Of a DNA stretch of 64,000 bases, positions 18,201 through 27,603 are shown in pieces. Location: the sequence record ON568341.1; one strand, 5' to 3'. Under the pieces are notes generated by a model. That model ran no database searches. It was not told the origin of the DNA and worked only from the letters and a program-made list of their open reading frames with translations. The number at the start of each line of letters is the position of its first letter. The stretch's first letter is position 1. A program made the position numbers and the translations under genes.

Positions 18201-19036
18201 TACTCGAAAAAATGACTAGGATCATATTTTAGTCCATCAATTTCCCATTGATGATTACATCCATCACACTCAACTTCCATACTATGCGATACTCCAATTT
18301 CAAGTACTTCATCCATTTTTTCACGAATTAGTTTAAGAACTCCTTTTGATTGTTGTCCAAGCCACTCATTAATGAATTCTTTTTCAACTACTTCATCACC
18401 ATCTGGAGTGATGATTTTTGCAATAACTCCACCAATCATATCAAAGTTTAGTTGTGCCATATTTTCAAATACTTCAGAAAATATTTTTACTTTTTCGTCT
18501 TGTTCAATCTCAGCAGTTTCTAGAAACTTAGTTTTCTGCTGCTCACTGAACATACGCTCAGCAAACGATGAATATTCTTTCCATGTTAGTGGTCTAAACT
18601 CTAAACGTAGTCCATTATCTAAATCAATAGATGGGATTTCTTCGAATGCTTGTGCAGTTTCAAGAAGATATGATAGATTACGTTCAAAACGACCTTCTTT
18701 TTCACATTCAGGACATACAGCGTTAATATCATATGTTTCTTCTTTAGATGCAACTTTAATAGCAATAAGAAGCATTTCAACGTCATTTACATATAACTCA
18801 TCAGCATCAATAACATTAGGAACACAGTTTTCAATGACACGTGATACTGCATCGCCGTTTAGTAACATATCTGGTGTATTGAGTGTCATTTCATCACGTG
18901 CACTACGTGCACAAACGCCACATTTGACACCTTTTGGACCTAAAACTCCGTCTTTATAAGGAATAATGCCGTTAGTAACTAATTTTGTACTGATCTCTTC
19001 AATTTTAGTGTACTTAGCAAGTGGATTCATAGCCAT
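18200..19036 (-). CDS. gp26: Baseplate hub assembly chaperone (gp26-like)
   Basis: ARDEMTLNTPDMLLNG, DVEMLLIAIKVAS, two CxxC motifs (CPEC, CDGC). Confidence 0.8.
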   Translation of the reverse strand: MAMNPLAKYTKIEEISTKLVTNGIIPYKDGVLGPKGVKCGVCARSARDEMTLNTPDMLLNGDAVSRVIENCVPNVIDADELYVNDVEMLLIAIKVASKEETYDINAVCPECEKEGRFERNLSYLLETAQAFEEIPSIDLDNGLRLEFRPLTWKEYSSFAERMFSEQQKTKFLETAEIEQDEKVKIFSEVFENMAQLNFDMIGGVIAKIITPDGDEVVEKEFINEWLGQQSKGVLKLIREKMDEVLEIGVSHSMEVECDGCNHQWEIDGLKYDPSHFFE

Positions 19037-19072
19037 TTTTGTTAAATCTCCATGTAATAAATGTGTTTATAG

Positions 19073-19079
19073 TATTTAT
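19073..19079 (-). promoter_or_regulatory. Late promoter ATAAATA
   Basis: Upstream of the gp26-like start; divergent partner at 19128. Confidence 0.65.
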
Positions 19080-19127
19080 GACCCCAATAAAAATTAAATA
19101 AACCATTTTTTATAATCACAATAGTTT

Positions 19128-19135
19128 TATAAATA
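19128..19135 (+). promoter_or_regulatory. Late promoter TATAAATA
   Basis: Perfect consensus 33 nt upstream of tape-measure ATG. Confidence 0.8.
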
Positions 19136-19167
19136 TTTCTATAATACATTTATTAAAAGGGAATGTT

Positions 19168-21372
19168 ATGGCTGGAAATACAAGTGATTACCTACTCCAG
19201 CAGTTGGTTAATCAAACTAAAGATAACAACGATAGTTTGAGTGCTATACGTGAGTTATTGGCTGAAAATATAAAAAATGACAGAAAGAAGTCTGGTTCTA
19301 AAAGTGGAAAACGCAATAGTAGCAATTCATCAAGTACTGGAAATCGTGGTTCACGAACTAGTAACAAGAGTGCTGATGGTAAAGAATTTGGTAAAATATT
19401 CAAATCATTATCATCGGAAGTATCAAATGTTGGTAAAACTATGATGAGCACTTCTGCAAATGTTAGTAATGTTGTCAATTCAATGGGAATGAGTGCATCT
19501 TCATTTGCTGGAACATTGTCAATGATTCCTGGTCCTGTTGGTGCAGCAGCAACTGCTTTTAAATTGGTCGCTGACGTTGGTATGGCAGTATATAATGTAT
19601 TAAACGCACAACTTGAAGTTTATAATAGAATAAACAGTGCTGGTGTTGCCCTATCTGAAGGTTATGGTTCCATATTAAAAGGTGCAGGTGCATCAATGAT
19701 GAGTGTTGATGCATTTGGTGAAGCATTACAAACACATAGTTCTGTTGTTGCACAATTGGATGGAGCATATGGTGATGGTGTTTCTACCTTTGGTAAATTA
19801 TTGGGTACTGTACAACAGGCACAAAATCAATTAGGCTTATATGGAGTATCACAGAAAACATTAACTGATTTAACTGCACGTAATATTAAATTCCAAAAGC
19901 AATTTGGTGGAAGAGAAATGTTACGTAGTATGGATCAAGCAAAAAGCACTGAACAGTTTATTATGAGCATGACTAAGTTCAGTAAAAGTATGGGTGAATC
20001 AGTTGATGCACTATTAAATAAAACACAAAACTTAGATAAATCATTAGACACACGTTCAATGCAAATAGCATTACAAAACTATTCTGGATTATCTGGTAAA
20101 GCAGCGGTTGAAACATCAAAAGCATTTAACGAAGCTGCTGCAAGTATGGGTGATGCGGGTGCTGATTTTCTACGTTTGATTTCACATCGTTTGACGATTG
20201 GTGGTGTACCAGATGATTTATTGACTCCAGTACTTAATCAATTCGCCGACTTAGGTGAGAACTTGGTACGTAGTGGCGTTACTGATTCACAAGAAATTCG
20301 TCGCCAGCAGATAGAATTTGTTAAAAAGAACAAAGAATTAATAAAGCAAGATTTATTACATCAGATTAATTTAGGAAACACTACTGCTGCAATCTTCAAC
20401 CAACAACTGCTTGATATGGAAGCTGCGATAAACGATCCTAAGAGTCAACCAGCAGATAAACTAACACAATTCACTGATAGATTCAATAGATGGATTAGTA
20501 AAGAATTTTCTGCACCATTTAATAAAATGTACGCAGATACTCAAAATTCTATTGCCGATTACCTTACTGATATTGCTGATCGAACCGATGGTGCATGGGA
20601 GTTTATTGGTCAGTTAGCACTTGATGGGTTTGGTTTAGTTCCAATTGCGAAAGATGCAGTTGCGTATTTGGATAGGATTGGTGGTGAGTTTGAGCAGTGG
20701 TTAGAAGGTTTAGGTACTGAAATTTTTGGTAGTGGATACAATAAAGTTTCAGAATCATTTAATAATTTCATGAATAACTTAATGGATTTACCTGGTAAAT
20801 TATGGGATTCAGTCAAAGGTTGGTTTGGTGGTTCAAGTGATAAAGTAAAAGTTGATAATAACCCTGTTACTGATGGTGCTGAAAAAGTTAACAGCTACTT
20901 CGAAGAAAAAATGAATTCATTTGGTGATTATATTTCTAATTCATTTGATCATTTTTTAAAATGGAATTCAAGCAGGAACTTCAAACAGCCCAAACCATTA
21001 GATGAATCTGTAGCAGAAAAACTTATTAGTAGTGGTCTTGAAAATAAACCAAGTGCAACTGCTAGAATAGAAAAATCTGAACATGTTGCACCTTATGTTA
21101 CTATTACTCCTAAAACATTCGATAAATCAGCATGGGGTCCGAATGAACCACCGATTCAAGCACAACCTGACGATTATGAGTCAATGAAAGCGATGATAAA
21201 TAATGGTAGTAGTATGGCAAATGCTAATAATAATGCCACAATTTCAGAAGACATGAAAGAATTACTTAAAAAACTTGCTGATGTTAACGAGCAATCCCTA
21301 TCTGCTGTACAACAGACAAATAACTATCTAAGAACTATCTCTGAAAACACTCAAGGTGAGAGAAACAGTTAA
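19168..21372 (+). CDS. Tail tape measure protein (gp29-like)
   Basis: 734 aa, Ala/Gly/Ser-rich helical sequence with W/F-spaced repeats, next to gp26/gp51-like genes. Confidence 0.65.
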   Translation: MAGNTSDYLLQQLVNQTKDNNDSLSAIRELLAENIKNDRKKSGSKSGKRNSSNSSSTGNRGSRTSNKSADGKEFGKIFKSLSSEVSNVGKTMMSTSANVSNVVNSMGMSASSFAGTLSMIPGPVGAAATAFKLVADVGMAVYNVLNAQLEVYNRINSAGVALSEGYGSILKGAGASMMSVDAFGEALQTHSSVVAQLDGAYGDGVSTFGKLLGTVQQAQNQLGLYGVSQKTLTDLTARNIKFQKQFGGREMLRSMDQAKSTEQFIMSMTKFSKSMGESVDALLNKTQNLDKSLDTRSMQIALQNYSGLSGKAAVETSKAFNEAAASMGDAGADFLRLISHRLTIGGVPDDLLTPVLNQFADLGENLVRSGVTDSQEIRRQQIEFVKKNKELIKQDLLHQINLGNTTAAIFNQQLLDMEAAINDPKSQPADKLTQFTDRFNRWISKEFSAPFNKMYADTQNSIADYLTDIADRTDGAWEFIGQLALDGFGLVPIAKDAVAYLDRIGGEFEQWLEGLGTEIFGSGYNKVSESFNNFMNNLMDLPGKLWDSVKGWFGGSSDKVKVDNNPVTDGAEKVNSYFEEKMNSFGDYISNSFDHFLKWNSSRNFKQPKPLDESVAEKLISSGLENKPSATARIEKSEHVAPYVTITPKTFDKSAWGPNEPPIQAQPDDYESMKAMINNGSSMANANNNATISEDMKELLKKLADVNEQSLSAVQQTNNYLRTISENTQGERNS

Positions 21373-21383
21373 GGACGAAAATA

Positions 21384-23123
21384 ATGAGTTGGAAACGACA
21401 TATGACAGTGGGAAGGTCAAAGCTATCGACTATCCCAAATCAGTCCAATAATAGCAATAAATCAACAGGAACAAAAACCAATTTTGCTTCCTATCTTCCA
21501 GTTGTATATAATGGATTGGCAAACCGTACTGAACGTTATAGTCAGTATGAGCAAATGGACCAAGACCCTGAAATTAGAACTGCATTGAATATCATTGCTG
21601 ACTTTTGTACTCAAAGTACTGAAGATTATGGTTTACCATATAAAATAAAATACAAAGATGATATTGGGGATACTGAAGTAACAACGATTGAAGATCGTTT
21701 AGATGCATGGACTGAACAAAATGATTTTAAAACACGAATGTATGAGATTGTACGTGGTCTTTTGAAATATGGGGACCAGTTTTTTATCCGAGATCCAGAA
21801 ACATTTGATTGGTATTGGGTGAGTCCAAAAAACGTCGAACAAGTATTTGTTAATGAAGCAACTGGGAAAACACCAGTAATTTATTACATACGTGATGTAT
21901 CATTAAACTTAAAAGATAAAGTTTATAGTAATCTACAAGTTGGATTCGATAAAACCGCTTATCCTGGTGCTATTCCTACAACAATGGGTGGTGGTGGTTC
22001 TGTCGCTGCTGGCGGTGCATCTGGATTCACTAGTCAAGGTAATACTGCTGACCCTTTCAGCACTAATGGTCAATTAGATGTTATTCCTGTTGGTGCAGAA
22101 CACGTAATCCATTTGACGCTAAATACTGGACAAGATGGAGTATGGCCTTTTGGTACTAGTATACTTGAGGATGTATTCAAAGTTTATAAACAAAAAGAAC
22201 TTCTAGAAGATAGTATCATAATTTATCGTGTACAACGTGCTCCAGAACGTCGTGTTTTTAAAATCGATGTTGGTGATATGCAAGCACATCAGGCAATGGC
22301 TTATGTGGAAAGATTTAAAAATGAAATTCATCAGCGTAGAATACCTTCAAACAAAGGTGGAAGTACTTCTTTAATGGATGCAGCATATAATCCTTTAAGT
22401 ATATTAGAAGATTACTTTTTCCCACAAACTTCTGAAGGTCGTGGTTCGGATGTTCAAACTTTACCAGGTGGTGATAACTTAGGGCAAATTGATGACTTAC
22501 GCTACTTCAATAATAAATTGATACGTGGTCTTCAAATACCAGCTTCCTATCTACCACAAGGTCCAGATGATGGTGGTGTTTCATTATTTGGTGATGGTGC
22601 AACACAAGCTATGGCAAGTGAATTACGATTCAATAATCAATGTATGCGTTATCAGCGTTTAGTTGCGAAACATTTTGATGCTGAATTCAAAAGATTTATG
22701 GTAAAAAATGGATATAATATTAGTACTTCATCATTTGAAGTCATTATGAATCCACCAATTAACTTAGCTTCTTATCGTAAAGCTGAATTGGATGCTAAAT
22801 TAATTAATACATATCTACCTCTTAATGATTTACCTTATATGGCTAAACAAACAATTCTTGAGAAAATGGGCTTTTCTAAAGCAGATATTGTTAAGAATGA
22901 ACAAATGTGGTTACAAGAGAATCCACAAGATGGTTCTCAACCTTCTAGTGGTGAAGAAGATTCTGCTGGATTACAGTCTGTTGGTATTGATGCACCAAAT
23001 GACCCAGGTATGGATCTTGGTATTGACGGTGATGGTAATTTAGAAAGTGCTGATTCCGAATATCAAGAACAACAAAGTGGAAGTGATGGTTTCAATCCTA
23101 ATAATTTAGGCAATTCTTTTTAA
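21384..23123 (+). CDS. gp20: Portal protein
   Basis: YEQMDQDPEI, LLEDSIIIYRVQRAPERRVFKIDVG, EDYFFPQTSEGRGSDVQTLPGG motifs. Confidence 0.97.
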   Translation: MSWKRHMTVGRSKLSTIPNQSNNSNKSTGTKTNFASYLPVVYNGLANRTERYSQYEQMDQDPEIRTALNIIADFCTQSTEDYGLPYKIKYKDDIGDTEVTTIEDRLDAWTEQNDFKTRMYEIVRGLLKYGDQFFIRDPETFDWYWVSPKNVEQVFVNEATGKTPVIYYIRDVSLNLKDKVYSNLQVGFDKTAYPGAIPTTMGGGGSVAAGGASGFTSQGNTADPFSTNGQLDVIPVGAEHVIHLTLNTGQDGVWPFGTSILEDVFKVYKQKELLEDSIIIYRVQRAPERRVFKIDVGDMQAHQAMAYVERFKNEIHQRRIPSNKGGSTSLMDAAYNPLSILEDYFFPQTSEGRGSDVQTLPGGDNLGQIDDLRYFNNKLIRGLQIPASYLPQGPDDGGVSLFGDGATQAMASELRFNNQCMRYQRLVAKHFDAEFKRFMVKNGYNISTSSFEVIMNPPINLASYRKAELDAKLINTYLPLNDLPYMAKQTILEKMGFSKADIVKNEQMWLQENPQDGSQPSSGEEDSAGLQSVGIDAPNDPGMDLGIDGDGNLESADSEYQEQQSGSDGFNPNNLGNSF

Positions 23124-23125
23124 AC

Positions 23126-23132
23126 ATAAATA
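23126..23132 (+). promoter_or_regulatory. Late promoter ATAAATA followed by leader hairpin (23145-23170)
   Basis: ataaata; AATGAGGG/CCCTCATT stem. Confidence 0.6.
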
Positions 23133-23196
23133 ACAGTGTATAAGAATGAGGGTTTATATTAGCCCTCATTTATAATGCATATTTCAAGGAGATTGA

Positions 23197-23424
23197 ATGT
23201 TAAAGGACATCTTTGAATCTAGCAGTGATTCAATGTACGACCCTGAAGATGATCAGAACGTATATAAAATTACTGACTCCAGAAAACCAAAACTAACATT
23301 ACAAGTATTAAATAACTTAAGAAAGTATCGTGAATTTAAAGCACATGAGGAACAACGCCGCAAAAATGTGGTTGCTGTTGTTTATGCATCTACCCCAACA
23401 GGTGATGATTCTGGATTAATGTAA
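23197..23424 (+). CDS. Small head-module protein (prohead core candidate)
   Basis: AGGAG SD; SRKPKLTLQVLNNLRK motif; located between portal and core genes. Confidence 0.7.
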   Translation: MLKDIFESSSDSMYDPEDDQNVYKITDSRKPKLTLQVLNNLRKYREFKAHEEQRRKNVVAVVYASTPTGDDSGLM

Positions 23425-23513
23425 ATCAAAAATCGCACTTTTTTAAGCTTTTAAAAAAGGTGATTTTATTCAGTACTAAATAATATCATACTTTATACGA
23501 ATATAATATATCT

Positions 23514-24356
23514 ATGGAGGATATAATGGCGAATTTAAAACTACTACAAGAAGCAATTGCGGCGTTTGCAAATGGTGAACAAGATATTGCTGATAAAAAA
23601 ATGCGTAAGTATTTTGTTGAGCAAGCACAAGAAATTAACAAGAAGCTAGAAGAAAGCATGGAAGATGAAGACGAGGAAGTTGAAGTCGAAGATGAAGAAC
23701 AGCTTGACGAAGATTTTGATGTGCAACCAGATGCTGGTCTAAATGCTGAAATCGAATACACACTTGGTGAAGAAGATGAAAGTGCAGAAGATGAAGTTGA
23801 GTTTTCTGCTGATGCTGATGGTGACGGTGAAGATGATGTTGATGTGGAAGTGAAGGCAGATGCTGATGTTCCTTCTGAAGATCAATGGGAATCAATTCAG
23901 GATGCTTTCCGTGGTTTACAACAAATGTTTGATGAAATTGGTGATGGCGAAGTTGACCTAGATTCCGATGAAGAAGTTGAAGATAGTGAAGAAGAAGTCG
24001 GCGTTGACGGTGAAGACGAATTTGCTGACGTTGAATTCGGTGATGAAAAAATTGGTGAATCCTTCAAACTAGAAAAAGTTGCACCTGTCGACAAGAAAGA
24101 AAAAGCTGGTACTCATACTAAATCCCCAGTAGCACCTGAAGCAAAATCCCCAGTAGCAGGAGCAGAACCAGTTAAATTTGCAAAGAAAACTGATCAAGCA
24201 CCACTAGTAGACCTAGATGATAAATCTGTTCTACCAAAAGATAACCTTGATCTTGGTAAAAATGCTCGCGGTGAAATGAAAGATGTAAAAGCACCAAAAA
24301 CTACTGCATCAAATTCTAAATCACCACTAAGTAAAGCACAACCTAAAGTAAAATAA
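23514..24356 (+). CDS. Acidic prohead core protein (gp67-like role)
   Basis: Extremely D/E-rich, GGAGG SD, upstream of the protease. Confidence 0.65.
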   Translation: MEDIMANLKLLQEAIAAFANGEQDIADKKMRKYFVEQAQEINKKLEESMEDEDEEVEVEDEEQLDEDFDVQPDAGLNAEIEYTLGEEDESAEDEVEFSADADGDGEDDVDVEVKADADVPSEDQWESIQDAFRGLQQMFDEIGDGEVDLDSDEEVEDSEEEVGVDGEDEFADVEFGDEKIGESFKLEKVAPVDKKEKAGTHTKSPVAPEAKSPVAGAEPVKFAKKTDQAPLVDLDDKSVLPKDNLDLGKNARGEMKDVKAPKTTASNSKSPLSKAQPKVK

Positions 24357-24376
24357 ATAAATGAAAGGAGATCATT

Positions 24377-25000
24377 ATGAGTAGTATGATACGTGAATGG
24401 TCTTCATTCAATGATTCTAAAGTTGTTTTGGAACATCGTGATAATGGGTTTGGTGGGCGTGATTGTTACCTTCGTGGTATTGCAATTCAAGCAGACCAAC
24501 GCAATTTGAACGAGAGAATTTACCCTTTATCTGAAATTACAAGAGCAGTAAATAATATGAATCAGCGTTTAGCTAAAGGTGAAAGTATTCTTGTTGAATG
24601 TGACCATCCAGAAACACTGACTATTAATTTAGACCGAGTAGCAGCAATGATTACTAAGGTTTGGATGGAAGGTGCAAATGGTATGGCTGAAATCAAATTA
24701 CTTGATACTGCACATGGTCAGAATATCCGTAAAATGCTAGAGGCTGGTGTAAAACTTGGTGTAAGTTCTCGCGGTTCCGGTAACGTAGATTATAATGGAA
24801 TAGTTTCTGATTTTGAAATTATCACTATTGATATTGTTGCTCAACCTAGTGCTCCAGAAGCATACCCAACAGCGGTATTTGAATCTCTGATGAGTAAGTA
24901 CGGATCACCTTGTAATGGTTCTAAAAAAATCACTGAATCTAAAAAAGTAAATAATTTAGATTCTGAAATATACGATTTTTTCAAGAAATTAAAAGGTTAA
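24377..25000 (+). CDS. gp21: Prohead protease
   Basis: NLNERIYP, ECDHP, LDTAHG, GVSSRGSG, DIVAQPSAPEAYP motifs. Confidence 0.95.
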   Translation: MSSMIREWSSFNDSKVVLEHRDNGFGGRDCYLRGIAIQADQRNLNERIYPLSEITRAVNNMNQRLAKGESILVECDHPETLTINLDRVAAMITKVWMEGANGMAEIKLLDTAHGQNIRKMLEAGVKLGVSSRGSGNVDYNGIVSDFEIITIDIVAQPSAPEAYPTAVFESLMSKYGSPCNGSKKITESKKVNNLDSEIYDFFKKLKG

Positions 25001-25011
25001 CATTTTAAAAA

Positions 25012-25019
25012 TATAAATA
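25012..25019 (+). promoter_or_regulatory. Late promoter TATAAATA
   Basis: Perfect consensus upstream of scaffold gene. Confidence 0.8.
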
Positions 25020-25066
25020 TCTGTATGTTGAAGTACAGATATTTCAGTACTTAAAGGAGAGAACGA

Positions 25067-26182
25067 ATGTCTAAATTAGAAAAGCTTCTAAAAGAATCAT
25101 CTCTTTCTGATGAGGCAAAACAGCTAATTCAGGAAGCATGGAATGAAGAAAAGAATACACTAGCCGCAGAGATGCGTGAAGAAATGAAAGGCCGTTATCA
25201 GCAAGATTTGGCTGAATTAACCGAAGGGTTGAACACTATGGTTACTCAAGTCATTGCTGAAGAAATGGGTGCTGTATATGAAGAGAAAAAACGTCTTGTT
25301 GAAGACCGTGTAACTCTACGTAAAACACTAAGCAATTTCTCTGCGTTTTCAAATTCTGTTTTGGCTGAAGAAGTTAAACAAATGCGTAAAGAGCGTAAGC
25401 ATCTGCATGAATGCATGGGTAAATTCGTTAATTTTTCTAACGGTATCCTAGCAGAAGAACTAAAAGAATTCCACACAGAAAAACGTCAACTGGTTGAAGC
25501 TCGTGTAAAATTACTTGCAGAAGGTTCACGTCAAATTGCTGAAGCTCGTAATAACTTCATCAAACGTACATCTGAAAGTGCTGCTAAATATATTGCAGAG
25601 ACAACACAGAAGAATCTATATGCGTTAAAACAAGATCTAGTGGAAGCGAAACAAAATATGTTTGGTCGTAAAATCTTTGAAGCATTTGCTCAAGAATTTA
25701 ATGTCAAACAATTCAATGAAAATTCATTGCTACGTTCACTAACTGAAACAATTAAATCTAAAGAAGATGAAATTGATCAAGTTAAGCAAGAACTACATGA
25801 AACTGTTAATGCGGTTAAAGCTGCTAAAACTAAACTACGTATTATGGAAGATGCACAAGCCCGTAATGCGATTATGTCAGAACTAGTAAAACCACTAACT
25901 GCACAGCAAAAACAAATTATGGAATCCCTTCTAGCAACTTCACCTACTGAAAAGCTTAAAGAAGATTTCAGTAAGTACCATAAGTCAGTACTTAACGGTA
26001 CTAAAGTAAATGAATCTGCTACCACTCGTCAAGCAGTTCAGTCTTCCGCTAAGAAAACTCTTGCAGAAGGTAAAGTGATCACTGGCAACCGTCAGGCTAT
26101 TGTTGAAAGCGAAGAAATGACCGCTGACGATATGGCATTCCTAAAAGAACTCGATGTTCTTTCGGGTATCAATAAAAAATAA
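25067..26182 (+). CDS. gp22: Prohead scaffold/core protein
   Basis: Coiled coil, FGRKIFEAFAQEF motif, between protease and capsid genes. Confidence 0.85.
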   Translation: MSKLEKLLKESSLSDEAKQLIQEAWNEEKNTLAAEMREEMKGRYQQDLAELTEGLNTMVTQVIAEEMGAVYEEKKRLVEDRVTLRKTLSNFSAFSNSVLAEEVKQMRKERKHLHECMGKFVNFSNGILAEELKEFHTEKRQLVEARVKLLAEGSRQIAEARNNFIKRTSESAAKYIAETTQKNLYALKQDLVEAKQNMFGRKIFEAFAQEFNVKQFNENSLLRSLTETIKSKEDEIDQVKQELHETVNAVKAAKTKLRIMEDAQARNAIMSELVKPLTAQQKQIMESLLATSPTEKLKEDFSKYHKSVLNGTKVNESATTRQAVQSSAKKTLAEGKVITGNRQAIVESEEMTADDMAFLKELDVLSGINKK

Positions 26183-26220
26183 ACATTTTAAAGCATTTTA
26201 ATAATCAATTTTTTCAGTTC

Positions 26221-26228
26221 TATAAATA
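26221..26228 (+). promoter_or_regulatory. Late promoter TATAAATA for major capsid gene
   Basis: Perfect consensus; AAGGAG SD downstream. Confidence 0.85.
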
Positions 26229-26273
26229 ATATCATACTGAAAAACGAATATAACATCTTTAAGGAGATATATA

Positions 26274-27449
26274 ATGTCACAACTACTAAATGAATCCAAA
26301 TGGGTAGCAGTAAAAGAGAAACTAGTTGAAGGTCTACAGGGTACTCGTAAGTCTGTAATGGAAACTGTTCTTGATAACCATCGTAAAGTTATGCTAACTG
26401 AATCCGCAACTTCTGGTGCAACTACCGCTGGTAATATCGCTACACTAAACAAAGTGATTCTACCAATTATGCGTCGTGTAATGCCAACTGTTATTGCTAA
26501 CGAAATTATCGGTGTTCAGCCTATGACTGGCCCAGTCGGTCAAATTCACACCCTACGTGTACAATATGCTGATAATGCACCTGGTGTTATCGCTGGTGAA
26601 GAAATGCTTTCTCCATACAAAATCGCTAAATCCTACTCTGGTGAACTAAATTCTGATAACAGCAATCCTCAAGCTGCTCCTACTAGCCAACTAGAAGGTA
26701 CTATGGGTCGTCGCGTTAACATCCGTATTCTACGTGAAACAGTTGAAGCGAAATCTCGTCGTCTATCTGCACGTTGGACTGTTGAATCTGCACAAGATGC
26801 TCAATCCCAACATGGTGTTGACGTTGAAGCAGAACTAATGGCTGCAATCGCTCAAGAAGTTACCGTAGAAATCGACCAAGAGCTACTAAGCCGTCTACGT
26901 GCACTACCTGGTGCTGCTGCTGTAACTTATGACCAATCTAAAGTTACTGGTGTTGCAACCTTCGTTGGTGATGAGCACGCTGCTCTAGCAACTCTAATTA
27001 ACCGTCAAGCAAACGAAGTTGCTCGTCGTACTAAGCGTGGTGCTGCAAACTGGGCTGTTGTTTCCCCAACTGCACTAACCATTCTACAATCTGCTACTAC
27101 TTCTAGCTTTGCACGTACCACTGAAGGTACTTTCGAAGCACCAACTAACGTTAAGTTTGTAGGTACTCTAAATAGCACTATGCGTATTTTTGTTGATACT
27201 TATGCAAGTGATTCAGAAGATATTCTAATTGGTTATAAAGGTAATGCAGAAACTGATGCTGGTGTGTTCTATTGCCCATACATCCCACTAATGGCATCCG
27301 GTACTGTAATGGACCCTAACACTGGTGAATTGGTCACAACCTTCCTCACTCGTTATGGTTACGTACAACTCACTGACTCAACCAGTAGCTTGGGTAATGC
27401 TGCGGATTACTACAGCAAAATCGCTATCAAAAACGTTACTTTCATGTAA
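26274..27449 (+). CDS. gp23: Major capsid protein
   Basis: IIGVQPMTGPVGQIHTLR, SRRLSARWTVESAQD, FYCPYIPL, TRYG motifs. Confidence 0.97.
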   Translation: MSQLLNESKWVAVKEKLVEGLQGTRKSVMETVLDNHRKVMLTESATSGATTAGNIATLNKVILPIMRRVMPTVIANEIIGVQPMTGPVGQIHTLRVQYADNAPGVIAGEEMLSPYKIAKSYSGELNSDNSNPQAAPTSQLEGTMGRRVNIRILRETVEAKSRRLSARWTVESAQDAQSQHGVDVEAELMAAIAQEVTVEIDQELLSRLRALPGAAAVTYDQSKVTGVATFVGDEHAALATLINRQANEVARRTKRGAANWAVVSPTALTILQSATTSSFARTTEGTFEAPTNVKFVGTLNSTMRIFVDTYASDSEDILIGYKGNAETDAGVFYCPYIPLMASGTVMDPNTGELVTTFLTRYGYVQLTDSTSSLGNAADYYSKIAIKNVTFM

Positions 27450-27492
27450 TATTGATTTTTGTAGAATTTATAGAATAAAAAACTTTTATACT

Positions 27493-27517
27493 AGGGACTC
27501 TTCGGAGTCCCTTTTTT
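27493..27517 (+). terminator. Rho-independent terminator, UUCG loop
   Basis: AGGGACTC-TTCG-GAGTCCCT-TTTTT. Confidence 0.92.
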
Positions 27518-27540
27518 GGTTTTTATATAACTAAAAGATC

Positions 27541-27569
27541 TTGACAGTACTTAACAATTGTAGTATCAT
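27541..27569 (+). promoter_or_regulatory. Sigma70-like promoter TTGACA-17-TATCAT
   Basis: Canonical -35, 17-nt spacer, near-consensus -10, upstream of the endonuclease gene. Confidence 0.6.
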
Positions 27570-27603
27570 ACGTGTAAATAAAGAAAAGAACTCGGAGAAA
27601 ATC

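Noticed and set aside
23650-24160. Repetitive GAAGAT/GATGAA DNA and a 15-nt direct repeat (24121, 24145)
   Set aside because: Explained by the D/E-rich core protein and a KSPVA peptide repeat
27541-27603. TTG start at 27541 given by the ORF track
   Set aside because: Coincides with the TTGACA -35 box and has no SD; GTG 27604 has GGAG and matches the paralogue's N-terminus
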